A stretch of 64,000 bases of DNA from Polyangiales bacterium (GCA_038231275.1 JBBRLQ010000027.1:1-64000), one strand, 5' to 3'; counted from the first letter of the stretch, positions 36,933 to 48,969 are shown. The notes: a model not told the origin generated them from the letters alone. Translations and numbers: made by a program.

Positions 36933-38195
36933 ATGGATCGCATCCCCCACGTCGTGATCGTCGGCGCCGGCTTCGGCGGCCTCACTGCTGCAAAGGCGAT
37001 GGGAGGCATGCGCGTGCGCGTCACAGTCGTCGACCGAACCAACCACCACCTCTTCCAGCCCCTCCTCTACCAGGTCGCGATGGCCGGGCTCTCCCCTGCG
37101 GAGATCGCGCAGCCGGTTCGGTCGATCCTCTCGCCGCAGGAAAATACGCGCGTCGTGCTCGCGGAGGTCGCCGGCGTCGATCTCGCGGGGCAAGACGTCC
37201 TGCTTACCGACGGCGCGAGCCTCGCGTACGACTACCTCGTCCTCGCCACCGGCGCGAAGACGGCGTATTTCGGGCACCCGGAGTGGGAGCGATTCGCCCC
37301 CGGCTTGAAGGCGCTCGACGACGCGGTGGAGATTCGAAGGCGCGTGCTCACGGCCTTCGAGATGGCCGAACGCGAGGAGGACGAGGCGCGGCGGCGCGAG
37401 CTGCTCACGTTCGTCGTGATCGGCGCCGGCCCCACCGGAGTCGAGATGGCCGGCGCGCTATCCGAGCTGGCACGCAAGACGATCACTGACGATTTTCGGG
37501 CGATCCGCCCAAGCGAGGCGCGCGTCATCCTCGTCGAGGGGGGCGACCGCGTCTTGCCCGCGATGCCGACCGATCTGTCCGAGCGAGCGCGCGAGCAGCT
37601 CGCCGAGATCGGCGTCGAGGTCCGGCTCGGGATGCGCGTGACGAACATCGACGCGCACGGCGTCGAGCTGGGCGCCGAGCGTCTGACGTCTGCGACCGTC
37701 GTGTGGGCGGCCGGCGTCGAGGCCACGCCGCTCACCGCGACGCTCGGAGTGCCGCTCGACAAGATGGGCCGCGTTCTCGTCGGCCGCGATCTCGCGCTAC
37801 CCGGTCACCCCGACGCCTTCGCGATCGGCGACATGGCGCGTTTCGAGCAAGACGGCGCGCCGCTCCCCGGCATCAGCCCGGTCGCGATGCAGCAGGCGCG
37901 CTTCGTCGCCGAGCTCATCGCCCGCGAGGAGAAGAGCCAGACGCGGCTCGAGTTCCGCTACCACGACAAAGGCTCGATGGCGACGATCGGCCGCTCGCGC
38001 GCGGTGGCCCAGACGGGCAAGATTCACCTCACCGGCTTCATCGCGTGGCTCGCGTGGCTCGTGGTCCACATCTGGTACCTGATCGGCTTCCGTAGCCGCC
38101 TCGTCGTGCTCATCACCTGGGCGTGGTCGTACCTGACCTACCGCCGCGGCGCGCGCCTCATCACCGCTCGCACGTGGGAGCCACATTCGCGATAG
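36933..38195 (+). CDS. ndh: Type II NADH dehydrogenase
   Basis: GAGFGG, HLFQPLLYQVA, GAGPTGVEMAG, WAAGV, KGSMATIGR. Confidence 0.93.
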   Translation: MDRIPHVVIVGAGFGGLTAAKAMGGMRVRVTVVDRTNHHLFQPLLYQVAMAGLSPAEIAQPVRSILSPQENTRVVLAEVAGVDLAGQDVLLTDGASLAYDYLVLATGAKTAYFGHPEWERFAPGLKALDDAVEIRRRVLTAFEMAEREEDEARRRELLTFVVIGAGPTGVEMAGALSELARKTITDDFRAIRPSEARVILVEGGDRVLPAMPTDLSERAREQLAEIGVEVRLGMRVTNIDAHGVELGAERLTSATVVWAAGVEATPLTATLGVPLDKMGRVLVGRDLALPGHPDAFAIGDMARFEQDGAPLPGISPVAMQQARFVAELIAREEKSQTRLEFRYHDKGSMATIGRSRAVAQTGKIHLTGFIAWLAWLVVHIWYLIGFRSRLVVLITWAWSYLTYRRGARLITARTWEPHSR

Positions 38196-38225
38196 TCGGC
38201 GCGCGACGTCACTCGTGAGCGCCGT

Positions 38226-40127
38226 CTACCAGCCGCATTTTTCGCCCTTGATCTGATCCTTCAGCCACCCGCGAAGTGGCGCGAAGTACTCGAGCAGCGC
38301 CGTCGCATCGGCCCTGGTCTCGCCGGGGCTCAAGGTCGAAAGCGCCTCCGGCCACGGCTTGCTCGCGCCGAGCGACAGCATCGCGGAGAGGCGCTTGCCC
38401 GCCTCTTTGTTGCCGTAGATGGAGCACTTATCGAGTGGCCCAGTGTGCCCCGCCGCCTTGCAGAGCGCGCGGTGGAACTGAAATTGGTAGATGAGCGCGA
38501 GGAAGTAGCGGAGGTACGGCGTGCTCGACGCGACGTGGTACTTCGCGGCCGGATCGAAATCGGCTTCGCTGCGAGGGGCGGGAGGGGCGACGCCCTGGTA
38601 CTTCGTGCGGAGCGCCCACCACGTCTCGTTGTAGCGCGCCTTCGGCACCTTGCCGGCGAGGACGTCCCAGCGCCACTTGTCCACGACGGGGCCGAAGGGC
38701 AAAAACGACACCTTCGACATCGCCATCTTCATCTGCTGGATCAGGAGCGCCTTGTCGTTCGCGGGCAGCTGATCGATGAGGCCGAGGTTCTTGAGGTACT
38801 GCGGCGTGACGCTGAGGGCGAGCGTGTCGCCGATCCCCTCGTGGAAGCCGTCGTTCGCGCCGCCCTGGAAGAGCATCGGGCGCGTGTAATAGTGGTGGTA
38901 ATAGTAGTCGTGTCCGAGCTCGTGATGGATCGTGATGAGATCCTCCTCAGTCGGCGTGATGCACATCTTGATGCGCAGATCGTCGTTGTACTGAGGGTCC
39001 CACGCGCTCGCGTGGCACACGACGTCACGATCCTTGGGGCGCGTGAAGAGCGAGCGATCCCAGAAGGTGGCCGGTAGCTTGTCCATCCCCAGCGAGACGA
39101 AGAACGCCTCGCCCATCTGGACCATCTTGCGCGCGTCGACCTTCTTCTCGACGAGGCGCTTGCCGACGTCGAGGTTCGGCTGCCCTTTGTAGGGCTCGGT
39201 GATGTCCGAGATGTTGTTCCACTCCTGCGCCCACATGTTGCCGAGCAGGTGCGCCGGGATCGGCGCGTGCTCGGCGACCTTGTCCTTGCCGTATTTGTCG
39301 CGCAGGCGCGCGCGCGCGTAGCAGTGGAGCTCGTCATAGAACGGCTTCGTCTCTTGCCAGAGCCGCTCGACGTCGGCCTCGAGCTCGGCGGGCGTCATGT
39401 CGTAGCCGGCGCGCCACAGCTCGCCCATGTCGGCGAAGCCGATTTCCTTCGCGCCCTTGTTCCCCAGCTCGACGTAGCGCGCGAACTTGTCCTTCATCGC
39501 CGGCGCGACGGAGTGCCAGCCGGTCCACGCCTCGGTGAGCTCGTCGTAGTTCCGGCTCTTGGCGAGCGTCTTGCTCAGATCGTCGAGCGTGAGGCAGTTG
39601 CCGTTGAGGCGCTTCGGGCAGTACTTGCCCTTGCCGTAGGTGCTCGTCATCCACGATTGGATTTCGGCGAGCTCCCGGCGCTCGTTGGCGTCGCTCGGCG
39701 CGGGCACCGTCTGCGACGTGCGGAGGAGCGTCATCTGCCGCGCGAGATCGGCGGGCAGGTTCAGGTCCTTGTATCGGCGCGACGCGATGATGGCCTGCCC
39801 CGCGTACGCGCTCGTCGCCTCTTCCGCGGCGGCGGACAAGAGCTCGGTGTCGTCCGTGATGAAGTTCTGGTTCACCCATCCTGCGCGATCGCGGGCGGTC
39901 CAGAGGCGGCGGAGATCCTTGTCGACCCGCGTGAAGAACGCGGTGGCCTCCTCGACGGTCGGCGGTCCCTTCGCGGCCTCGCCAGGGAGCAAGCCGCCCT
40001 TCGCGCACTCGGGACACGCGGGCGCCACCGTCGGGACCGCCGGAGGAGGCGCAGTCTCGCCTCCGCAGGCGAGCGGGAGAAAGGGGATGGCAAACGCGAT
40101 TCCGAGTGCGGCGCTTCTGAGCTTCAT
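38226..40127 (-). CDS. M2 family peptidyl-dipeptidase (ACE-like) lipoprotein
   Basis: HHELGH, GANDGFHEGIG, PAHLLGNMWAQ. Lipobox PLAC. Confidence 0.95.
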   Translation of the reverse strand: MKLRSAALGIAFAIPFLPLACGGETAPPPAVPTVAPACPECAKGGLLPGEAAKGPPTVEEATAFFTRVDKDLRRLWTARDRAGWVNQNFITDDTELLSAAAEEATSAYAGQAIIASRRYKDLNLPADLARQMTLLRTSQTVPAPSDANERRELAEIQSWMTSTYGKGKYCPKRLNGNCLTLDDLSKTLAKSRNYDELTEAWTGWHSVAPAMKDKFARYVELGNKGAKEIGFADMGELWRAGYDMTPAELEADVERLWQETKPFYDELHCYARARLRDKYGKDKVAEHAPIPAHLLGNMWAQEWNNISDITEPYKGQPNLDVGKRLVEKKVDARKMVQMGEAFFVSLGMDKLPATFWDRSLFTRPKDRDVVCHASAWDPQYNDDLRIKMCITPTEEDLITIHHELGHDYYYHHYYTRPMLFQGGANDGFHEGIGDTLALSVTPQYLKNLGLIDQLPANDKALLIQQMKMAMSKVSFLPFGPVVDKWRWDVLAGKVPKARYNETWWALRTKYQGVAPPAPRSEADFDPAAKYHVASSTPYLRYFLALIYQFQFHRALCKAAGHTGPLDKCSIYGNKEAGKRLSAMLSLGASKPWPEALSTLSPGETRADATALLEYFAPLRGWLKDQIKGEKCGW

Positions 40128-40181
40128 CCGTGATCTCCTGTGGAAAGGGAGGCGAGGCCTATTTACGCCTACAATGGCCCG

Positions 40182-40679
40182 ATGAGGCGCCTTTTCCTTT
40201 CCGTCGCGCTCTTGGCCGTGATCTGGCCCAACCGCGCCGCCGCCGAGGAGTCGATCATCAAGAACCCCGGAGAGCACACGCGCTACGGGATCGAATTCGA
40301 GCCGCACGCGCTCCTCGGCTACGGCGGACACGGCCTCAAAAGCGGAATGCCCGGCATCGGCGCGCGCGGCACCTTCATCTTGGTCGAGAACGGCTTCGTT
40401 CCGAGCATCAACAACAACGTCGGGCTCGGCCTCGGCATCGATGTGTTCCCGTCGCGCACGGTGGTCCTCGACATCCCGTTCGTTCTCCAGTGGAACTTCT
40501 TCCTGTCCACGCACTTCTCCGTCTTCGGCGAGCCGGGGCTCGGGATCCTCTACTCGGGGGACGGGGTCCTTCATCCGGTCCTCTACGGCGGCGGGCGTTT
40601 CCACTTCACCGAGAGCATCGCCCTCACCGTCCGGCTCGGGTATCCGTCCGGCTCGGTCGGCGTCTCCTTTCTTCTTTGA
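40182..40679 (+). CDS. Small outer-membrane beta-barrel-like hypothetical protein
   Basis: Signal peptide and alternating hydrophobic strands. Confidence 0.7.
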   Translation: MRRLFLSVALLAVIWPNRAAAEESIIKNPGEHTRYGIEFEPHALLGYGGHGLKSGMPGIGARGTFILVENGFVPSINNNVGLGLGIDVFPSRTVVLDIPFVLQWNFFLSTHFSVFGEPGLGILYSGDGVLHPVLYGGGRFHFTESIALTVRLGYPSGSVGVSFLL

Positions 40680-40700
40680 GCGCCTGACCATGACCGCACG

Positions 40701-43019
40701 ATGACCACACCGAGCGCCGACGACGCGGGGCAACGCCTCGGCCGGTACACGCTCTTCGGCGAAATCGCCGCGGGCGGGATGGCCACGGTGTGCTTTGGGC
40801 GCTTGGCCGGCGAGGCGGGGTTCGCGAAGACGGTCGCGATCAAGCGGCTGCATCCCCAATTCGCGCGCGACGACGAGTTCCGCGAGATGTTCGTCGAGGA
40901 GGCGCGCCTGGCTGCCCGGATCCGGCACCCCAACGTCGCGCCGACGCTCGACGTCGTGGCCGAGGGCGGCGAGCTGTTCCTCGTCATGGAGTACGTGCAC
41001 GGTGAGTCGCTCTCGCGCTTGCTGCGCACGATGCGGGCGGCGCGCGAGCCCGTGCCGATCAAGATCGCGGCGGCCGTGCTCTCGGGGGTGCTTCACGGTC
41101 TCCACGCGGCCCACGAGGCGAAGAGCGAGCAGGGCGAGCCGCTCAACCTCGTACATCGCGACGTGTCGCCGCAGAACGTGCTCGTCGGCGTCGACGGTGT
41201 GGCGCGCGTCATCGACTTCGGCATCGCGAAGGCAAAGAGCTCGGCGCAGACGACGCGCGAAGGCGAGGTGCGAGGCAAGCTCCCGTACATGGCGCCGGAG
41301 CAGCTCGGCGTCACGCCAGCGTCGCGGAGGACCGATATTTACGCTGCAGCGGTCATCCTGTGGGAGATGCTGGCAGGGCGCAGGCTGTTCGAGGCCGAGG
41401 ACGAGCGCGTCGTGTACGCGCAGATCGTCGCGGGGGCGCACGAGGCTCCGAGCACATTCGCCGATGGCATCGCGCCGGAGCTCGACGCCGCGGTGATGCG
41501 CGGCCTCGCGAAAGATCCCGGTGACCGCTTCGCGAGCGCTCGAGAGATGGCGCTCGCGATCGAGGAGGCGACGCCGCTCGCGACGCACTCGCAGGTAGGC
41601 GCGTGGGTGGACCGCGTCGCGAGGGAGGCGCTGGCCTCGCGCGGACAGCGCCTCGCGCGTGTGGAGAGCGCGATGTCGACGTCCGACGTCGCCGCGGTCG
41701 GGCGCCCGGCGCAAGAGCCTCCGCCTGCGAGGAGCGCGAGGCCGCCGCCGAGCGTCCGGCCGCCGCCGAGCGCGAGGCCGCCGCCCGCCTCGGGTGGGCC
41801 GATCACGGGATTGCCGCCGCCGGACATCGATCCGATGGGACCGCCGCGGGCCGGGCTCGCCGCGCGTCCGCTTGCGCTCGAGGCGCCGGCCGAGAAGCGG
41901 TCGCGCGGAACGGGGGCGATCGTGGCGCTCGGCCTCCTCCTCGCGGCGTCCGTCGGCGGCTACGTCGGCGTGCCCGCGCTGGTGGAGCGGACGCTCGTGG
42001 CGCGCGCGAGGGAGCACGGGATGACGCTGGTGATCTCGGACGTCTCCACGTCGCTTCACAGCGTTCGCCTTCGCGGCGTGGAGCTCACGGCGCCGTCGGT
42101 CCCGGGCGCACGCGTGTCGGCGCGCAACGTGGATCTGGCCCTCGACGGGCTTTCGGTCGCGCGCATCACGGCGGACGAGACGGACTTCGCGCTCGACGGC
42201 GCCATCGGACCGACCCTCGCAGCCCTCGACGCGTTTCGGCGCGCGAACCTCTCGACACCGACGCCGGCTCTAAAGAGCCTCGTCGGCGAGAACGTTCGCC
42301 TGAGGTGGGAGCGCGCGCTCGGAGATCCGACGAGCATCATCGTGGAGAACGCGCACCTCGAGGTGACGCGCGACGCCGCGCGCGAGCTCGGAGAGGATTT
42401 CACGCTCTCCCTGGGTCTCGTCAAGGCGGAGACTCCGGTCGGCGCGTTCGGGCCGTACGGAGGGACCGTGACGCGCGACGGGACCGCGCTGCATGGCATG
42501 CTGCGACTGGATCCCACCGGCGCCGCCAACCTCGACGCCTCACGCGCGGCGGATGGAACCGTGACAGCGCGCATCGATGCCTCCCCGCTGACGCTCGCCG
42601 ATCTTGGCTTTCCTGCGGCGTTTGGGAGCGCGCAGGTCCTCGGCACCGCGCGATGGACGTCGGCGGGCGCGGCGAAGGTGGACGCGAAGATCGACCTCAC
42701 GCTCCGCGGCGTCACGGTGGCGGGCGCGCCAGGTGACATGCGCGTCGAGGCCGAGGCCACCGGTGACGCGCGGCGCGTTCTGCCGCTCACTGGCGCGGCG
42801 CTCACGTTCGAGGGCGTCCGCGCGCCGGTGTCGGGGACGTTCGACGCGACCGCGGGGCTGCGGGTAGAAGCGCGCGCCGTCGGGCCGAGGCGTACGTGCC
42901 CAGGCGATGCGCCTGCGCAGCTCGTCGCGGAGCTCGTGCTCGATTCGCGCCGTCTCGAAGAGGCGCGTGGCAAGATGACGAGCCCCGGACGGTGCGGGGC
43001 CAAGCGAGGTACTCCATGA
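40701..43019 (+). CDS. Ser/Thr kinase with TM helix and long beta-rich extracytoplasmic domain
   Basis: IAAGGMA, HRDVSPQN, DFGIAK, YMAPEQ, then TM and a ~340-aa beta-rich tail. Confidence 0.92.
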   Translation: MTTPSADDAGQRLGRYTLFGEIAAGGMATVCFGRLAGEAGFAKTVAIKRLHPQFARDDEFREMFVEEARLAARIRHPNVAPTLDVVAEGGELFLVMEYVHGESLSRLLRTMRAAREPVPIKIAAAVLSGVLHGLHAAHEAKSEQGEPLNLVHRDVSPQNVLVGVDGVARVIDFGIAKAKSSAQTTREGEVRGKLPYMAPEQLGVTPASRRTDIYAAAVILWEMLAGRRLFEAEDERVVYAQIVAGAHEAPSTFADGIAPELDAAVMRGLAKDPGDRFASAREMALAIEEATPLATHSQVGAWVDRVAREALASRGQRLARVESAMSTSDVAAVGRPAQEPPPARSARPPPSVRPPPSARPPPASGGPITGLPPPDIDPMGPPRAGLAARPLALEAPAEKRSRGTGAIVALGLLLAASVGGYVGVPALVERTLVARAREHGMTLVISDVSTSLHSVRLRGVELTAPSVPGARVSARNVDLALDGLSVARITADETDFALDGAIGPTLAALDAFRRANLSTPTPALKSLVGENVRLRWERALGDPTSIIVENAHLEVTRDAARELGEDFTLSLGLVKAETPVGAFGPYGGTVTRDGTALHGMLRLDPTGAANLDASRAADGTVTARIDASPLTLADLGFPAAFGSAQVLGTARWTSAGAAKVDAKIDLTLRGVTVAGAPGDMRVEAEATGDARRVLPLTGAALTFEGVRAPVSGTFDATAGLRVEARAVGPRRTCPGDAPAQLVAELVLDSRRLEEARGKMTSPGRCGAKRGTP

Positions 43020-44176
43020 CCCGACTCTCCGAGACCGCGCGCGCGATGCGCCCCGGCGTCTTCGCCGAGCTAGAGCGCCACATCGCCGCACGAGCGCCCG
43101 GCGCGCGAGAGCTCGTCCCGCTCCACATCGGCGACACGTACCTCGACCCTCCGGACGCCGCGCGTCTCGCCCACGTCGCCGAGCACCCGAGCCTCTACCG
43201 CTACGGCGCGACCGCCGGCACCGCGGAGCTTCGCGACGCGATCGCGGCGCGCTTCGGCGTCGATGGAGATCGCGACGTGCTGCTCGGCGCCGGTGGCACG
43301 CACGCGCTCTATTGCGCCGTGCGGTGCGTGCTCGATCCGGGCGACGACGTGCTGGTCTGCGCTCCGTACTGGCCCCTCGCTCCCGGCATCTTCCACCAGG
43401 CTGGCGCCCGCTCCGTCGAGGTCCCGTTCACGTCGCGCCTGTACGCCGATCCGTCGCTCGACGCCGCCGATCTGCTCGAGGCCGCGCGGACCACGAAGAC
43501 GCGCGCCGTCTACCTCATCACGCCGAACAACCCCGACGGCAAGGTCCTGTCCGCCGCGCACCTGTCGCAGATCGTCGATTTTGCGGCGAAGAACGACCTC
43601 TGGATCTTCGCCGACGAGGTGTACGCGGACGTCGCGTTCGACGCGCCGCACGTCGCGGTCGCGAGCCTGCCCGGCGCCGCAGAGCGCACCGTGACGCTGC
43701 ACTCGTTCTCGAAGAGCCGCGCCCTCGCCGGCGCGCGCATCGGTTTCGTGATCGCGCCGAAGGCCCTCATTGTCCCGGCGATGCGCATGGGCGTGCACAC
43801 GGTGTTCAACGTCCCGGTCGCGATGCAGCACGCCGCGCGGGCCGCGCTCGCGGACACCGCGTGGCCCACGCGCGCCAAGGCCACGTACCTGGCCGCCCGC
43901 GACGCCGCCGCCCGCGCGCTCGCCGGCGCGCCGGTGCGATTCCCGCTGGCGGAGGGCGGCACCTATCTGTTCCTCGATTTCACCGAGCTGCTCGCGGGCC
44001 GACCCTTGACCGCGCTCCTCACCCGCGCGATCGACGAGGGCGTCATGCTCGCGCCGGGCGCCGCGTTCGGTGAGGCGTACGCGTCATGGGCGCGCCTCTG
44101 CTACACGAGCGTCCCGGAGGCGCGTGTCCTCGAAGGGATCGCGCGCCTGTGCGTCGCGATGAACGCGCTTCGTTGA
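43016..44176 (+). CDS. PLP-dependent aminotransferase class I/II
   Basis: TPNNPDG, DEVY, SFSKSRALAGARIG. ATGA overlap with the kinase. Confidence 0.92.
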   Translation: MTRLSETARAMRPGVFAELERHIAARAPGARELVPLHIGDTYLDPPDAARLAHVAEHPSLYRYGATAGTAELRDAIAARFGVDGDRDVLLGAGGTHALYCAVRCVLDPGDDVLVCAPYWPLAPGIFHQAGARSVEVPFTSRLYADPSLDAADLLEAARTTKTRAVYLITPNNPDGKVLSAAHLSQIVDFAAKNDLWIFADEVYADVAFDAPHVAVASLPGAAERTVTLHSFSKSRALAGARIGFVIAPKALIVPAMRMGVHTVFNVPVAMQHAARAALADTAWPTRAKATYLAARDAAARALAGAPVRFPLAEGGTYLFLDFTELLAGRPLTALLTRAIDEGVMLAPGAAFGEAYASWARLCYTSVPEARVLEGIARLCVAMNALR

Positions 44177-44186
44177 GCTCCGCGGC

Positions 44187-45983
44187 TCACGCCAGATACA
44201 GCGCGTCGAGCTCGGCGCGGTAGCGTTCGCTCACGACCTTGCGCTTCACCTTGAGCGTCGGCGTGAGCTCGCCAGTGTCGATCGCGAAATCGCGCGGCAA
44301 AATTTGGAATTTCTTGATCGACTCGAAGCTCGAGAGGCGCCGGTTCGCAGCGTCGATCTCGAGCTGCACGCGCGCGCGCACCTCGGAGTCCTCCGCGAGC
44401 TTCGCGACGTCGTTGGGCCGACCGCTCTCCGCTGCGAAGCGCGTCATCGCCTCCACGTTGAGCGTGACGAGCGCGACGAGGTACGGTCGCTTGTCGCCGT
44501 GCACCATCGCCTGGCTCACCCACGGCGACTGCTTGAGGAGGTTCTCGATGTTCTGCGGCGCCACGTTCTTGCCGCCGGCGGTGACGATGATGTCCTTCTT
44601 GCGATCGGTGATGCGGAGGAACCCGTCGCCGTCGAACGCGCCGATGTCGCCGGAGTGGAACCAGCCCGACTCCTCGAGGACCTCGCGCGTGTCGGACTCC
44701 TTGTTCCAGTACCCCTTCATGATGTTGGGGCCGCGCATCAAGATCTCGCCGTCGGACGCGATCTTCACCTCCACGTCGGCGAGGACTGGACCGACCGAGC
44801 CGAAGCGAAAGCGGTCCGGCGCGTTGAGGTTGGTCGCGCCCGTCGTCTCGGTGAGGCCGTACGCTTCCAGCACCTTCACGCCGGCGCCGTGGAACCACTC
44901 GGCGAGCTCCTTCGCGAGGGGAGCGCCGCCGCTGATCGCGAAGCGCAGGCGCGTGCCGAAGCGAGCGCGGATCTTCTGGAGGACCAACTTGTCGGCGTAG
45001 CGGTACTTCACGGCGAGCAGGCCGCGCGGCTCTTCTCCACGCTCGCGCAGGCGCGCGACGCTGCGTCCGACGTCGACGGCCCAGTCGAAGACCTTGGCCT
45101 TGATGCTCCCCTGGGCGTGCGCCTTCTCGCCCGCCACGGTGTAGATCTTCTCGTAGAGGCGCGGCACGCAGCCGATGACCGTGGGGTTGGTCTCCACGGC
45201 GTTGTCGAGCGCCTTCACGAGCGATTCGGCGAACGTCGTCGTGAAGCCGGCGCGAATCGCGCCCATGACGAACACCTTCGCGAAGATGTGCGCCATCGGC
45301 AAAAAGAGGAGGTTTTCGTCTTCGGGCGTGAAATTCGCGAGGGCGGCGATCACCTTCGTCTCGAAGCAGATGTTCGCGTGCGTGAGCATCACGCCCTTGG
45401 GCGGCCCGGTCGTGCCCGAGGTGTAGATGATCGTCGCCAGATCGGCGGTCGCCACCGCGGCGGCGCGCTCGCTCACGGCGCGCTTCTCGTCGCGGCTCCG
45501 CGCGTTGCCGGCGGCCAGCATCTCACGGAACGTGGTCACCCGCGTCGCGAGGCCTCCAGGGGGTGCCCCCTTCGTCGCGTCGATGAGCACGATCGTGCCG
45601 AGCTTCGAGAGCGACGCGAGGGAGTCGCTCAGCTTCTCGAGCGCCGCCGCGTCCTCGACGAAGAGGACCTTCGCGCCGGAGTCGGCCAAGATGTACGCCG
45701 CCTGCTCGCCGATCAGCGTCGCGTAGATCGGCACCGTGACCCCGCCCGCGAGGAGCGTCCCGACGTCGGCGATGACCCACTCCTCCCGCGTCGTCGCGAA
45801 GATGGCGACGCGATCACCAGGCTCGACTCCTGCGGCGACGAGCTCCGCCGCGATCGCCCGCGCGCGCGACTCCCAGTCGCCCCACGTCGACCCCTCCCAA
45901 ACGCCCGCGCGCTTGGTCTTGAGCGCGACCCTCTCTTTTGCCTCGGCCGCCTGCGTCAGGAACAGCGAGACGACCGTCTCCAT
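44187..45983 (-). CDS. Long-chain fatty acid-CoA ligase
   Basis: YTSGTTGPPKG, YGLTET, DRKKDIIVTAGGKNVAPQ, ELTPTLKVKR. Confidence 0.94.
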   Translation of the reverse strand: METVVSLFLTQAAEAKERVALKTKRAGVWEGSTWGDWESRARAIAAELVAAGVEPGDRVAIFATTREEWVIADVGTLLAGGVTVPIYATLIGEQAAYILADSGAKVLFVEDAAALEKLSDSLASLSKLGTIVLIDATKGAPPGGLATRVTTFREMLAAGNARSRDEKRAVSERAAAVATADLATIIYTSGTTGPPKGVMLTHANICFETKVIAALANFTPEDENLLFLPMAHIFAKVFVMGAIRAGFTTTFAESLVKALDNAVETNPTVIGCVPRLYEKIYTVAGEKAHAQGSIKAKVFDWAVDVGRSVARLRERGEEPRGLLAVKYRYADKLVLQKIRARFGTRLRFAISGGAPLAKELAEWFHGAGVKVLEAYGLTETTGATNLNAPDRFRFGSVGPVLADVEVKIASDGEILMRGPNIMKGYWNKESDTREVLEESGWFHSGDIGAFDGDGFLRITDRKKDIIVTAGGKNVAPQNIENLLKQSPWVSQAMVHGDKRPYLVALVTLNVEAMTRFAAESGRPNDVAKLAEDSEVRARVQLEIDAANRRLSSFESIKKFQILPRDFAIDTGELTPTLKVKRKVVSERYRAELDALYLA

Positions 45984-45984
45984 C

Positions 45985-47679
45985 TCAGAACCCGAATTGC
46001 ATTCCGGCCTCGAGGCCGAACGACGGCGTTAGGCCGGCGTTCCCGAACGCGAAGTTCACGCGCGGTCCCACGAGAAACGCGGCGCGCGGCGAGAACGCGT
46101 AACGAATGCCGCCGCCGACCGCGGCGAATACCGGCCCGCCGACCGACCACGCGTCGACCTGTTTGGTGCCAGTCACGCCGGTCTCGCGGACGCTGACGGC
46201 GACCTTCCCACTGAACTCGCCGTAGCCGGCCGCGACCATGACATACGGCGCGAGCCCCGCTTTGCCGAGCGGATTTTTGCCGATCAAATACGTCCCTCGC
46301 ACTTCGATGTGCACGGGCCCTATTTGCGACGCTTTGCCGTCGTTCGCCGCGGCGGCGCCAGGATACCGGAGGAGGATGATGCCCGCGCGCACGCCCGCGA
46401 GGATGTTCGCCGTGATGGCGACATCGAGCGAGAGGAGCATGCGCACGTTGCCGATCGTGCCGCCGCCGGCGACCTTGTCGGTCTTGCCGTCCTTGACGAT
46501 GTTGATGTTCTGCTGGCCCGATCGATCGTTGCGGTCAGGGTAGTCGGAGCCCCCGGAGTCGACGCAGTAGTACCCGGCGGTGTTGAGCGGCGCGGCTGCG
46601 GCGTCCTGCGAGAGCTTGCACACGTCCTCCGCCGAGCCGACGAGCGTGAACTCCGCGCCGACCGAGAAGCCGACCCAGATGCGCTTGAAGGCGGACTTTT
46701 CCTCGGGCTTCGTGCACTTGTTGTTCTTGCACTTGCCGCTCGCGCAGACGCTGTCCTCCTCGCACTCCTCGTCCTGGGCCTTGCCCTTGGGCGTCTCGTC
46801 GGTGACCGGCGGCTTGCCGCTGTGGCATCCGGGGAAGTCGGGCGGGCAGTCGCCGGTGTCGGCGCATTGCGCGGGCGCGGGCTGATCGGGCAGGTGCGGC
46901 GGATCGCCTTCGATCTTGTCGCGCTTGACGGGGACTTTGTACGGGTGGTTGCGATCGCCGGCCGTGGCGACTGGATCGTTCTGCTCGTTGAAGCCCTGGA
47001 GGTAGTACTGCAAGTCCCCCTGGATGACGTCGAGGCACGGGATCTGGCCGCCCCAGCCCTTGCCCGTCTTCTTGAGCTCGGCGCTCTTCCACTCCGTCAT
47101 GCCGAAGCCCTTGTAGCGGGCGACGACCTTTACGATCGCCTCGGACCCGCCGTACTCGGCGTAGACCGGCACCGGCGTGCGAACGAGCTGCATCGCGACG
47201 GGCGTGTGCGTGAAGTCACCGGCCGGCGCGGGGCCAGGTCCGGGAGGCGCGCCCCCGCCCTTCTTCGCCTTCTCCCACGCGTCCTCGACGTCCTTCGTCT
47301 TCAGGTCCGGATCGAGCTGCACGGTGGGGTCGATGGCCATCGCCTCCGCGAAGTTTTTGACGGCCTCGTCCTTGTTGATGTTGCCGCCGATTTGGACGAC
47401 GCCGAGATCGCGTTTCAGCTGGGCGCGGATCGGGGGAGAACACTTGTCCGTCCCGCAGAGCTGCATGGCCTTGTTCAGCTTGTCGGACGCCTTCCCGAAC
47501 TCGGTCGTGAGGTAGTCCTCGTCCATCGCTTTCTTCTGGAGCTGCTTGGCCTGCGCTTCGACCGCCTTGTTCTGCGCACGCGCGGTGCGTGGCACGGCGA
47601 GCGCGAGGACCGCGAAGGCGAGCGCGACAAGGAGGGCAAAGCGAGGGGGAAGTCGCGAGAGGACGGGGAGGCGTTCCAC
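45985..47679 (-). CDS. Exported multidomain hypothetical protein (helical N-terminus, Cys-rich linker, beta-barrel-like C-terminus)
   Basis: Signal peptide, CPPDFPGC, terminal QFGF. Confidence 0.75.
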   Translation of the reverse strand: MERLPVLSRLPPRFALLVALAFAVLALAVPRTARAQNKAVEAQAKQLQKKAMDEDYLTTEFGKASDKLNKAMQLCGTDKCSPPIRAQLKRDLGVVQIGGNINKDEAVKNFAEAMAIDPTVQLDPDLKTKDVEDAWEKAKKGGGAPPGPGPAPAGDFTHTPVAMQLVRTPVPVYAEYGGSEAIVKVVARYKGFGMTEWKSAELKKTGKGWGGQIPCLDVIQGDLQYYLQGFNEQNDPVATAGDRNHPYKVPVKRDKIEGDPPHLPDQPAPAQCADTGDCPPDFPGCHSGKPPVTDETPKGKAQDEECEEDSVCASGKCKNNKCTKPEEKSAFKRIWVGFSVGAEFTLVGSAEDVCKLSQDAAAAPLNTAGYYCVDSGGSDYPDRNDRSGQQNINIVKDGKTDKVAGGGTIGNVRMLLSLDVAITANILAGVRAGIILLRYPGAAAANDGKASQIGPVHIEVRGTYLIGKNPLGKAGLAPYVMVAAGYGEFSGKVAVSVRETGVTGTKQVDAWSVGGPVFAAVGGGIRYAFSPRAAFLVGPRVNFAFGNAGLTPSFGLEAGMQFGF

Positions 47680-47842
47680 GGGGAGCCAAATACAACGAAA
47701 TTGCCCCGGCTTGGGGACAAAGAATCAAACCCGCTCTCGACCCTCTAACGCCCCCGTGAAATCCTCGTGCGAAGCACGATTCGCCGCAGGCGATTAGGGG
47801 AGGCTCGAAGCGGTATCTTCGAGGGGGCGGAGCCTCACCTGC

Positions 47843-48969
<1,127 letters not shown>

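Noticed and set aside
40128..42059. N-terminal ~640 aa of the 1277-aa ORF (apparent giant ACE fusion)
   Set aside because: Antisense to the real kinase and barrel genes. The peptidase has its own lipoprotein signal starting at 40127.
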